This document shows, piece by piece, positions 18,963 through 26,665 of a DNA stretch of 64,000 bases (position 1 is the stretch's first letter; each line of letters starts with the position of its first letter). Source of the stretch: Coprothermobacterota bacterium (lineage in GTDB: Bacteria; Coprothermobacterota; HKB111); the NCBI GenBank assembly GCA_037446255.1, contig JBBIIY010000005.1, positions 2,859 to 66,858 on the forward strand, given 5' to 3'. Both the position numbers and the translations under genes were made by a program. Below the pieces are notes generated by a model. It made no database searches, was not told the DNA's origin, and worked only from the letters and a program-made list of their open reading frames with translations.

Positions 18963-20831
18963 ATGACTACTGGTATCAACCTTAAATCAGATAGCAAAGA
19001 AGATACAATACTCTTCCTGGAAATTATTGCCTTATTGCACGATATTGGAAAACTTAGCACTAACTTTATCCATTCCAAAGCCATAGATAATTCCCAGGAA
19101 GACACGCATGCTTTATTACCACTTTCTGATAATTTTCCTGAGATTTTTCGGAAGATTATTACCATTTATAGCAATAACAGTAAGCAGAAGCCTTTTGAGT
19201 TTAACCCTTTTACTTTAATCTGTTCTCACCATGGTTGCGAAAGGTGCCAAAGTGAATGCTCATTTAAACATAAAAATCCTATAACCACGCTTCTAAGGCT
19301 GGCTGACCGGAGAGCCTCCGAAGAAGAAAAAGGATTTCTACTGGACAGCTATAGGCAACCAAAAGATGAAACCTACTTTTCTAATCCATTCGGAAAAGAA
19401 TTATTGGTTTTCACGGGTATAATTGACGAATGCCGTAATGAGTTATGGAAAATAATCAATAAGGTATTGGAAAAGAAAAATATTCAAGAGGTCAGGAATC
19501 AGATAATTCCGTTAATAGAAGCTGTTTACACCTTCTTCCCCTCTGAAACCAGAAGACCAGGAAACGATCTGTCTTTATGGGATCACTCCTTCACCACATC
19601 TACCTATTTTAAGATTGCCCTGTATGAAATGCTCATAAACGGTAAAAATATTCTCTCAACGCAAAAAATTCCTGTGGTTTTCCTTAAAATAAAAAAGAGG
19701 CAGGATAAATTTAGAGAGTTAATAGAAAATAAATATTGTGCAGGTAACCTTATTCTTTCCTTCGGTGGTTATCATATTTATGCTATTGGAGAGTCTTTTC
19801 TGAAAAATGAGTCTTTGCCGAAGAACGAAATTTCTGAATCTTTTTTCTCTTTAATTCCCAGTCTTGAAGAAGAAATTGAGAACCTTGACTTTACCGGTGC
19901 CACCTCAGTTTTTATACCCGATTATCGCAGTTTATTCAGTCATATTGCTGAATCCACTTTTACCCAACCTCTTACCAGGAATCAGATGGTAGAGGCAAAG
20001 GTGATTTTAAACAAAGTTATTGTCCAGAATTGTCTCCGTGAAAAAAGAGAAATTGAAGAAAAAATAAAGAGTATCTCCCGCCATATAAAAAATCTGGAAA
20101 ATAGCGGATTGAAGGAAGAGAGAAAAAACGAATACTTATTGAAATTAGAGGATATTTACCGCTTGAATGCAAACCTGAACTTACTTTCCAAATTAAGTGA
20201 AACATTCAATAGTGAGAATTCTTTTTTGAGGCTTAACCTCCCATCCTGGGAGGTATCGGTCCTAAACCTATATCAAGATTGGCTCAAAACAGATTCTGCT
20301 ATAACTTTTGATGAATACGCTCTTTACAATCTTTCCCAAAGAAAACCATCTGTAAGTTCGTGTTCCAGTCTGGTAAGGGAAGTAGAAAAACAACTTGCTG
20401 CTGTAAAAAAGTTTCTCTTAAATAGAGATTGTTATTGTTGGGAAAGCGAGGGAGTTCTGTATATTAAAGAACCTTTAACCAACGATTTACTTCTGGAAAG
20501 TAAAAAAATAATAAACAGATTATCAGGAAAAAGCCTCGGTTTAATTCCTATCTACTGGTATAAGATTAATAAAAAACCTTTTTCTCCAAAAAAACGGAAA
20601 CACAGTTTTCATAAAGTTGAAGAGTGGAAGTGGGGTATATTAACGCCCGAGAATTTTTTATTACTTCAGTTTGAAAAAAAGGAGACGATAAAAGTCAATT
20701 TAGCCAGAGGAGATAGTTCGTTGGATATTCACAGACTTTACCGAAAAAATAAAATTGGGCGGTTTATACACCTTAGCGATGTTAGGGTAGGGGATTCAAT
20801 TCTCTGGTTTTTTCCTCTGGAAAGATATTAG
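18963..20831 (+). CDS. HD-domain protein with a Cas10-like N-terminal half (HD + degenerate Palm1) and an unrecognisable C-terminal half
   Basis: 622 aa. Motifs LLHDIGK, CSHHGCERCQSEC, LADRRAS, FFPSETRRPGNDLSLWDHSFTT and LSFGGYHIYAIG. No GGDD motif. See findings. Confidence 0.55.
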   Translation: MTTGINLKSDSKEDTILFLEIIALLHDIGKLSTNFIHSKAIDNSQEDTHALLPLSDNFPEIFRKIITIYSNNSKQKPFEFNPFTLICSHHGCERCQSECSFKHKNPITTLLRLADRRASEEEKGFLLDSYRQPKDETYFSNPFGKELLVFTGIIDECRNELWKIINKVLEKKNIQEVRNQIIPLIEAVYTFFPSETRRPGNDLSLWDHSFTTSTYFKIALYEMLINGKNILSTQKIPVVFLKIKKRQDKFRELIENKYCAGNLILSFGGYHIYAIGESFLKNESLPKNEISESFFSLIPSLEEEIENLDFTGATSVFIPDYRSLFSHIAESTFTQPLTRNQMVEAKVILNKVIVQNCLREKREIEEKIKSISRHIKNLENSGLKEERKNEYLLKLEDIYRLNANLNLLSKLSETFNSENSFLRLNLPSWEVSVLNLYQDWLKTDSAITFDEYALYNLSQRKPSVSSCSSLVREVEKQLAAVKKFLLNRDCYCWESEGVLYIKEPLTNDLLLESKKIINRLSGKSLGLIPIYWYKINKKPFSPKKRKHSFHKVEEWKWGILTPENFLLLQFEKKETIKVNLARGDSSLDIHRLYRKNKIGRFIHLSDVRVGDSILWFFPLERY

Positions 20832-20848
20832 TAAAATCTTTTTAATAT

Positions 20849-21304
20849 TTACCTACCAAATAAACTATGCGAGAGAAAGAGAACTACAATACCGGCAATG
20901 GCTGCTCCCAGAGAAATGGAAAGAAAACCTTTTTGCCAGCTCATTCCTATCAACCAGCTGAGAATAGTGCCTGAATAAACTCCACTTGCAGGTAAGGGAA
21001 TTGCTACAAATAAAGCTAACCCCAGCATTCCGTATCTGTCAACATAAGGCTTCCCCCTGCTTCTTAAATTAGTTATATATTTTTTGTATATATTCCATTT
21101 AAAAAGATATTTTTCATGAAAAAAGTTGAGCAGGATAATTATAGGGAAAAAAAGGAGAATATTCAAAACTACGATACCAAAATATGCCAGTACAGGATTA
21201 AAACCTAAACCAATAGCCAGGGGAATACCACCTCTAAGTTCGCTTATCGGGGTTACGGTTGCTATAAAAACCATAAATAGTTTATGAAAGGCGTTTAATT
21301 CCAT
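20849..21304 (-). CDS. small multidrug-export-like membrane protein (COG2426 family)
   Basis: 151 aa with four hydrophobic segments. N-terminal TPISELRGGIPLAIGLG motif is typical of the family. Confidence 0.6.
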   Translation of the reverse strand: MELNAFHKLFMVFIATVTPISELRGGIPLAIGLGFNPVLAYFGIVVLNILLFFPIIILLNFFHEKYLFKWNIYKKYITNLRSRGKPYVDRYGMLGLALFVAIPLPASGVYSGTILSWLIGMSWQKGFLSISLGAAIAGIVVLFLSHSLFGR

Positions 21305-21377
21305 TAATCAATATCACATCAATTATTAATCAGGTAAAAGACAAATAATTATTTACTCCTTATTATTCGTATTGATT

Positions 21378-21402
21378 GAGAGACCGTCCCCTTTGTTTTT
21401 TT
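21378..21402. repeat. family-2 motif (GACCGTCCCCTTTGTTTTT variant of the GGGACTGTCCCC palindrome)
   Basis: Read directly. Near-identical to 21704-21725. Confidence 0.6.
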
Positions 21403-21441
21403 AAGTTGCTTTCAAGATATTTCATGAGTAAAACCAGCTGT

Positions 21442-21615
21442 CTAATTTGATAGAACAAGAGCAGGGATAGCATCTATAATCCTGAAAACAAGACCGCACC
21501 TGGTGCAGGTAAGTAAACCAGATATAACTTCATCATCTTTTTCCTCTTCTATGGTAAGGCTCAAAGATGATTTACATTTGGGGCAGGCTAAAATTTTTAA
21601 TAGGGTTTTTTTCAT
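21442..21615 (-). CDS. Trm112/UPF0434-family small zinc-ribbon protein (not in the ORF track because it is under 60 aa)
   Basis: Hand translation gives MKKTLLKILACPKCKSSLSLTIEEEKDDEVISGLLTCTRCGLVFRIIDAIPALVLSN (57 aa). It has the CPxC...CxxC pattern and the family-typical F/Y-x-I-x-D-x-IP-x-L ending. Confidence 0.7.
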   Translation of the reverse strand: MKKTLLKILACPKCKSSLSLTIEEEKDDEVISGLLTCTRCGLVFRIIDAIPALVLSN

Positions 21616-21678
21616 TTTTTATATTCCCGAGCAAATAAGTTTAGCATAATATCACAAATACCTTTCAATAATCAATTT

Positions 21679-21725
21679 GGGGACGGTCACCTAAATTCCT
21701 CCTGGGGACTGTCCCCTTTGTTTTT
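21679..21725. repeat. two adjacent family-2 palindromic motifs (GGGGACGGTCACC ... GGGGACTGTCCCCTTTGTTTTT)
   Basis: Read directly. Related copies at 21378, 24313, 33091, 38318, 46090, 61266 and 63554. Confidence 0.65.
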
Positions 21726-21784
21726 CAAAGACGAGTTTGCTGCGTCGTCTTGACAGGCTCTTTGCAAATACAGAAGTGAATGTT

Positions 21785-21823
21785 CAATCGCGAGACTTCT
21801 GAAAGAAGTCGTGACAATCTCAT
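21785..21823 (-). repeat. family-1 hairpin repeat, inverted orientation
   Basis: The reverse complement gagattgtcacGACTTCTttcAGAAGTCtcgcgattg matches the core at 9154-9192. Confidence 0.65.
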
Positions 21824-22010
21824 CTTTCCTGGTACTTCATTATCAGTCCTTGAAGAGTGTGTAACAATTCTTTGTTTTACATACATCTTGACTTTACCAA
21901 CTACTATGATAATATAAAGCATACATAATAATATCCTCGGGCAAATATAGCCCTTCTTCGGGGAAAGGTATATTACTTACCCGTCCCAAAACCTAAATAT
22001 TTCAGGAGGT

Positions 22011-24275
22011 ATGCTGAAAATGAAGAGAATTTTTGCTCTTCTATTAATTATTTTATTTTTAGTGCCTCTGGGACAGGTTAAAAATATACCAGAGGTTTAT
22101 TCACAAATTACCTTTAAAGATGTAAAAGGTCATACATTTGAATCGGAAATTCTTCGTTTAGGAAAGCAGGGTTACCTTAAAGGTTATCCTGATGGCACCT
22201 TCAAACCCGATGTTTCCATTAGCCGGGCTGAGATAGCAGTTATCATTGCAAAAGTGTTTAAATTACCTTTTTCTAACAATAACAACCTTCCTTTTACCGA
22301 TATTTCACGTACTCATTGGGCATACTCTTCTATTCAGGCTGTTTACCAGGCAAACTTGATGCTGGGATACCCCAATGGTACTTTCAAACCCGAACACTCC
22401 CTTACCCGAGCCGAGTTAGCGGTACTCCTGGGAAAAACTAAAGGTCTGGATAAAGAGGTTAGCCGGGTCAAAGAAAACATTTACTGGTCTAACGATGAAC
22501 TGTCAGTTCCCGGTTGGGCAGCAAGCTTTTTAACTCTGGCTTACTATCCTGAACACCAGTTCTTAACTTATAGACCGGGCAGAATGGTAGCACCCAATGC
22601 CCGCTCTACTAGAGGAGAAGTTGCTTATGGTCTGCACTCCTTAATTTATCCTCCTACAACTGGTAGCATCTTGAACATAGTAATGAACCAGGAACCGGAC
22701 ACTTTAAGCACCTGGACGGGCTTTACCACAGCTATGAACCACTTGCTCGGCGCTATAAATACCCCCGCCCTGGGCAGGGGTGATGGTTGGATTCTTTATC
22801 CTGGATACCTCAAAGAGATTCCTACCGTGGAAAATGGTCAGTGGAAAATAACCGGTAGCGGGCATATGGAGTTAACTTTTACCATAAGGGATAATCTTTT
22901 CTGGAGTAACGGTAAAAAAGTGAATATTGAAGACTGGTCTTATGCTTTTTCTGTATTTATGGACTCTCAAACTCCTGTCAGGTCCAGGGTTATAGAGGAA
23001 AAAATAGATCTGACCAAAGGCTCGGGTGGATATGGCACTCGTGGTTTTGAAGTGTTAAATCAAACTCAAATAAAATTTTATTTTAAAGAAATAGATTGGA
23101 GAGCTAACGCCAGCCCTCCCGGAGTAGGACTTTATTTCAAAGAACACCTGGAACCAGCGTATCGTAAAATGAAAGACACTGGAATAATTGACCATTTTAT
23201 AAAAGATGAAAATCTTTCCCGAAAACCAATTGGGATGGGTCCTTACCGTATTGTCGACTGGAAGCCTGGTGTACATATTATTATGGAAAAAAATCCTTTT
23301 TATGCCTGGGGTAATCCACTTACCGACAGGTTGGTTATACGCTTTATACCTGATACCACAGCCTTATTAGCGCAGGCAATTTCTGGAAAAACCGTGGATA
23401 TCGCCATAATGGGCTTAACTTTTGACCAGGCTCTGGCTTTAGAAGCCAGACCCCCTGCACACCTTAAGGTGTTTTTCTCGCCGGGAACTTTTGTAGAGCA
23501 TATTGCCTTTAACCTGGATAATTCAATTTTATCTGACCTGCGTGTGAGAAAAGCCTTAGCTTATAGTCTTGACCGTGAAAAGATTATCAGGGATTTCTAT
23601 GGAAATAGGGTGGAGCTGGCTCATAGCTTTTTTAACACCCGACACTGGGCTTACGACGATACTGTGCTTACCAGATACAATTTTGACCCTGAAAAAGCCC
23701 GCAATCTCCTGGAAGAAGCCGGGTGGAAGATAGGGTCGGGGGGAATTCGGGTTAAAGACGGGGTAAGACTTTCGGTGGAACTTAGAACTACATCCGGGAA
23801 CGCACTCAGAGAAAGAATACAATCTTTTATTCAACAACAGTGGAAGGATATCGGGGTAGATATGCGCATTCATAACCTGCCTTCTACTACCTTTTTCAGC
23901 AGGATTCACTACACCATGAGAGCCTGGCCTTCCATGCTTTTATTATCCATGCCTTTTGAACCGTTGTTCATGGGTGAAACTGTGTGGCGAGAAGACTACA
24001 TTCCTGCAGAAAATAATAATTGGTCAGGTTCTAATATTTACGGTTATAAAAATGCAGAAGTTACCGATGCCCTGAAAAAAGCAGAAATGGAACTAAGAGA
24101 AAAAGAAAGAAAGAGATTGCTTTCTCTGGTCCAGAGAAGGATAAGCGATGAGCTTCCTATACTTCCGATAAACTATACTGTGGGTGTTTCTTCCTATAAA
24201 ACTAACCTGGTAAATTACCGTCCACTCGGATTGGGACCAATTACCTGGAATATTCACTACTGGTATTTTAGGTAA
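22011..24275 (+). CDS. S-layer-homology (SLH) domains fused to a family-5 (peptide/nickel-type) ABC substrate-binding domain
   Basis: Signal peptide. Repeated SLH-like segments (F.DV.GH...YLKGYPDGTFKPD..ISRAE and FTDIS.THWAY...LMLGYPNGTFKPEHSLTRAE). The remaining ~530 aa resemble SBP_bac_5-type proteins. An ATG at 22020 has better spacing to AGGAGG than the one at 22011. Confidence 0.75.
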   Translation: MLKMKRIFALLLIILFLVPLGQVKNIPEVYSQITFKDVKGHTFESEILRLGKQGYLKGYPDGTFKPDVSISRAEIAVIIAKVFKLPFSNNNNLPFTDISRTHWAYSSIQAVYQANLMLGYPNGTFKPEHSLTRAELAVLLGKTKGLDKEVSRVKENIYWSNDELSVPGWAASFLTLAYYPEHQFLTYRPGRMVAPNARSTRGEVAYGLHSLIYPPTTGSILNIVMNQEPDTLSTWTGFTTAMNHLLGAINTPALGRGDGWILYPGYLKEIPTVENGQWKITGSGHMELTFTIRDNLFWSNGKKVNIEDWSYAFSVFMDSQTPVRSRVIEEKIDLTKGSGGYGTRGFEVLNQTQIKFYFKEIDWRANASPPGVGLYFKEHLEPAYRKMKDTGIIDHFIKDENLSRKPIGMGPYRIVDWKPGVHIIMEKNPFYAWGNPLTDRLVIRFIPDTTALLAQAISGKTVDIAIMGLTFDQALALEARPPAHLKVFFSPGTFVEHIAFNLDNSILSDLRVRKALAYSLDREKIIRDFYGNRVELAHSFFNTRHWAYDDTVLTRYNFDPEKARNLLEEAGWKIGSGGIRVKDGVRLSVELRTTSGNALRERIQSFIQQQWKDIGVDMRIHNLPSTTFFSRIHYTMRAWPSMLLLSMPFEPLFMGETVWREDYIPAENNNWSGSNIYGYKNAEVTDALKKAEMELREKERKRLLSLVQRRISDELPILPINYTVGVSSYKTNLVNYRPLGLGPITWNIHYWYFR

Positions 24276-24312
24276 ATTGAAATAAAAAGGGGTAGTCTTC
24301 ATCAAGATTTTA

Positions 24313-24325
24313 GGGGACTGCCCCC
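24313..24325. repeat. family-2 palindromic motif variant (GGGGACTGCCCCC)
   Basis: Read directly. Confidence 0.5.
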
Positions 24326-24333
24326 ACAGCAAT

Positions 24334-24409
24334 CCTTCTCCAGAATAGGGAGGGCAGGGTGAGGGGAGAATATGGGATCGCTACAGACACTATGAGTGTT
24401 CGCAATGAC
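24334..24409 (+). repeat. family-1 hairpin repeat with G-rich prefix
   Basis: ccttctccagaatagggagggcagggtgaggggagaatatGGGATCGCTACAGACACTatgAGTGTTCGCAATGAC has the same architecture as 9128-9192. Confidence 0.7.
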
Positions 24410-24641
24410 AACCAACCACCCTTGTCTCCATGAGGTTGTTGAAAACAACCGCTTAAGTCTTATTTTTAATCTTTTATCTTCTCGGGCCTAACCCGAAAAC
24501 TTTGAATTAAAAGTAGAGTTAGCCCTATTTTTTACCCCGTCTTCTGAATTATATATAATTATTATTTACATAAACTTTATAATATACTAATTAGGAACAT
24601 TTACCATCAGGCAGTACATAATATTATAAAAGAGGTATTTT

Positions 24642-25805
24642 TTGAATAAATATGCGATAAAACAGAAAGGGTTAATATTACCTATTCTTATTTCCTTTCT
24701 TCTTTGGATAGCACCCTTACCCTATGCCTATGCCCTCACCACCCTCGCTGAACCAAGAATAAACATAACTAAAGCAGAAACTTTTGAAAACGACCTATAC
24801 CTGGCAGGTCAATCCGTTAATATACAGGGCAAAACTAAAGGAGACTTACTTTCCGCCTCTATTGACTTCACTTTAGACGGTAGTGTGGGGGGAGATTTAA
24901 ATGCCATTTTTCAAAGAGGCTTCCTGAGTGGAAACATAGGTGAATCTGCACGAGTAGTAGGAGTATGGATATTTTTCCAGGGGAAAGTCGCTAAAGACTT
25001 CCTGATGATGGGAAGCGAGGTTCACCTCCAACCAGAAGCATTGATTGGAAGGGATATTTTGATCGTAGGCAACAGGGTAATACAAGAAGGAACTATAGGA
25101 AGAAACTCAAGAATTTGGGGAAAGGAAGTCTTTCTTAAAGGCAAAATTACCGGAGATGTAGAAATCACTGCTGAAAAAATAAACCTTTCTCCAGAAGTGG
25201 TAATTGAAGGTAACCTGGTCTGGAATTCTTCTAACCCGGCGGAAATTAGCCCTGAATGCATTATAAAAGGTGAAATAAAGGGAAAGATTATCTACATACC
25301 CCCATTGGAATTACCCTGGAAAGGCAACTTCTCTATATCATTTCTCCTGAACTTTTTTGCGCTTTTCATCTCGGGAATAGTCCTGCATGTAATTTTTCCA
25401 GAAAGATTCACGGTGATTAGAAGTAAAGCTATATCCTATCCATTTCAAAGTCTGGGAGTGGGTATAGCAGCCTTACTGCTTTTCCCGCTAATTATTGCTG
25501 TTTTATTTGTTTCTGTAGTAGGTGTCCCTTTGGGAATTATGTCACTATTTTTTTTAATTTCTACTATATATTTAGGTAGAATTTACGCAGGTTTTTATTT
25601 AGGCGAAAAAATTAATTCTCTTTTACTCAAGAAAAGCCTGCACCCTTTTATATCACTTTTTATGGGATTATTAATTATTCTAATTTTAGCTCAACTTCCC
25701 AATTGGGGATGGATTGCCACTATTCTATCTACCATTATGGGTATGGGAGCTTTGGTGATGGCTTTTATTCAGGGTTTTCTGAAAAGAAAAGTAGGTAATA
25801 AATAA
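24642..25805 (+). CDS. membrane protein: signal peptide + beta-helix-like (bactofilin/polymer-forming-cytoskeletal-like) repeat domain + polytopic C-terminal domain
   Basis: 387 aa with a TTG start after AAAGAGG. Has repetitive G-x-[IV]-x-G-D/N segments and about 5 C-terminal hydrophobic helices. Shares its architecture with 46183-47178. Confidence 0.45.
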   Translation: MNKYAIKQKGLILPILISFLLWIAPLPYAYALTTLAEPRINITKAETFENDLYLAGQSVNIQGKTKGDLLSASIDFTLDGSVGGDLNAIFQRGFLSGNIGESARVVGVWIFFQGKVAKDFLMMGSEVHLQPEALIGRDILIVGNRVIQEGTIGRNSRIWGKEVFLKGKITGDVEITAEKINLSPEVVIEGNLVWNSSNPAEISPECIIKGEIKGKIIYIPPLELPWKGNFSISFLLNFFALFISGIVLHVIFPERFTVIRSKAISYPFQSLGVGIAALLLFPLIIAVLFVSVVGVPLGIMSLFFLISTIYLGRIYAGFYLGEKINSLLLKKSLHPFISLFMGLLIILILAQLPNWGWIATILSTIMGMGALVMAFIQGFLKRKVGNK

Positions 25806-25817
25806 TATAAATAACAC

Positions 25818-26663
25818 ATGAAAGATAAACTTGATGAATTTTTACTTTATCTCTCTCTGGAAAAGGGGTACTCCAGGCAAACTATCACTGCTTATAAGTC
25901 TGACCTGAAATTTTATTTTCAGAACTTTGACAATTTGGATGAAAATTCTTGCGAGGCTTATTTAAAGCTTCTATACAGCAAAGGGTTAAAAGGAAGCAGT
26001 ATTGAAAGAAAAATTTGCAGTCTCAAAGCTTTGCTTAAATATCTATACCTCAGGAGTTATATCACCAAAACCAATTGGTCCGGCTTAAAGTCCATCAAGC
26101 GAGAAAAAAAACTGCCCAATCCTCTTAGGCCTTCGGAAATTGAAAAGATATTCTCTTTAGCCAACCCCAAAGAAACTCTTATTCTCGAAACTCTTTTCGC
26201 TACTGGCATCAGGGTCTCAGAATTAGTGGGGTTAAAAGTGAAAGATGTGGATTTGAAGGAAGGTTTTTTAAAAATCAAAGGCAAGGGGAATATAGAAAGG
26301 ATAGTTCCCATGACTCTTTCTCTTATGGGTATGCTGGAAAAACATATATTGGAAAGGAAGGTTCAACGAGATGATTTCGTGTTTTATGATACTCATCCCC
26401 AGGTTCATCTAACCCGACAGGCAGTTTTTCTGATGATAAGGAAACTCGCTGAGTTGGGAAGTTTAACCAGAAAACTGGGTCCTCATATGTTCAGGCATAC
26501 TTTTGCTACCCGCCTGCTCCGTGGTGGAGCAGACTTGAGAGTAGTTCAAGAAATACTGGGGCATAAAAATATTACTACCACGCAAATATACACCCAGGTT
26601 GAAGATGATGCCCTAAAACAGGCTTATCAACAGAGCCATCCTTTAAGTAAGAAGAATAAATAA
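25818..26663 (+). CDS. xerD: tyrosine site-specific recombinase, XerD/XerC type (chromosome dimer resolution)
   Basis: 281 aa. SAM-like N-domain (LSLEKGYSRQTITAYKSDL), catalytic region ATGIRVSEL, HMFRHTFAT, LGHKNITTTQIYT. Lies immediately upstream of deoB, as ripX-drm does in Bacillus. Confidence 0.75.
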   Translation: MKDKLDEFLLYLSLEKGYSRQTITAYKSDLKFYFQNFDNLDENSCEAYLKLLYSKGLKGSSIERKICSLKALLKYLYLRSYITKTNWSGLKSIKREKKLPNPLRPSEIEKIFSLANPKETLILETLFATGIRVSELVGLKVKDVDLKEGFLKIKGKGNIERIVPMTLSLMGMLEKHILERKVQRDDFVFYDTHPQVHLTRQAVFLMIRKLAELGSLTRKLGPHMFRHTFATRLLRGGADLRVVQEILGHKNITTTQIYTQVEDDALKQAYQQSHPLSKKNK

Positions 26664-26665
26664 AT

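Noticed and set aside
18797-19165. A 122-aa minus-strand ORF from the track
   Set aside because: It runs straight through tRNA-Gln (18832-18905) and is antisense to the start of the HD-protein gene. The composition is odd and there is no RBS. It is spurious.
21923-22010. A possible c-di-GMP-I (GEMM) riboswitch upstream of the SLH-SBP gene (GGGCAAATATAGCCC...GTCCCAAAACC)
   Set aside because: Only the GGCAAA fragment matches. The second conserved block (GGACGCAAAGCC) and the tetraloop-receptor layout are absent.
25818-26663. A tyrosine recombinase that could mark an integrated mobile element
   Set aside because: It is short and XerD/XerC-like, and it sits directly upstream of deoB as in the Bacillus ripX-drm arrangement. 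There are no flanking att-like repeats, phage or transposon genes, and no adjacent tRNA. It is most simply the chromosomal dimer-resolution recombinase.
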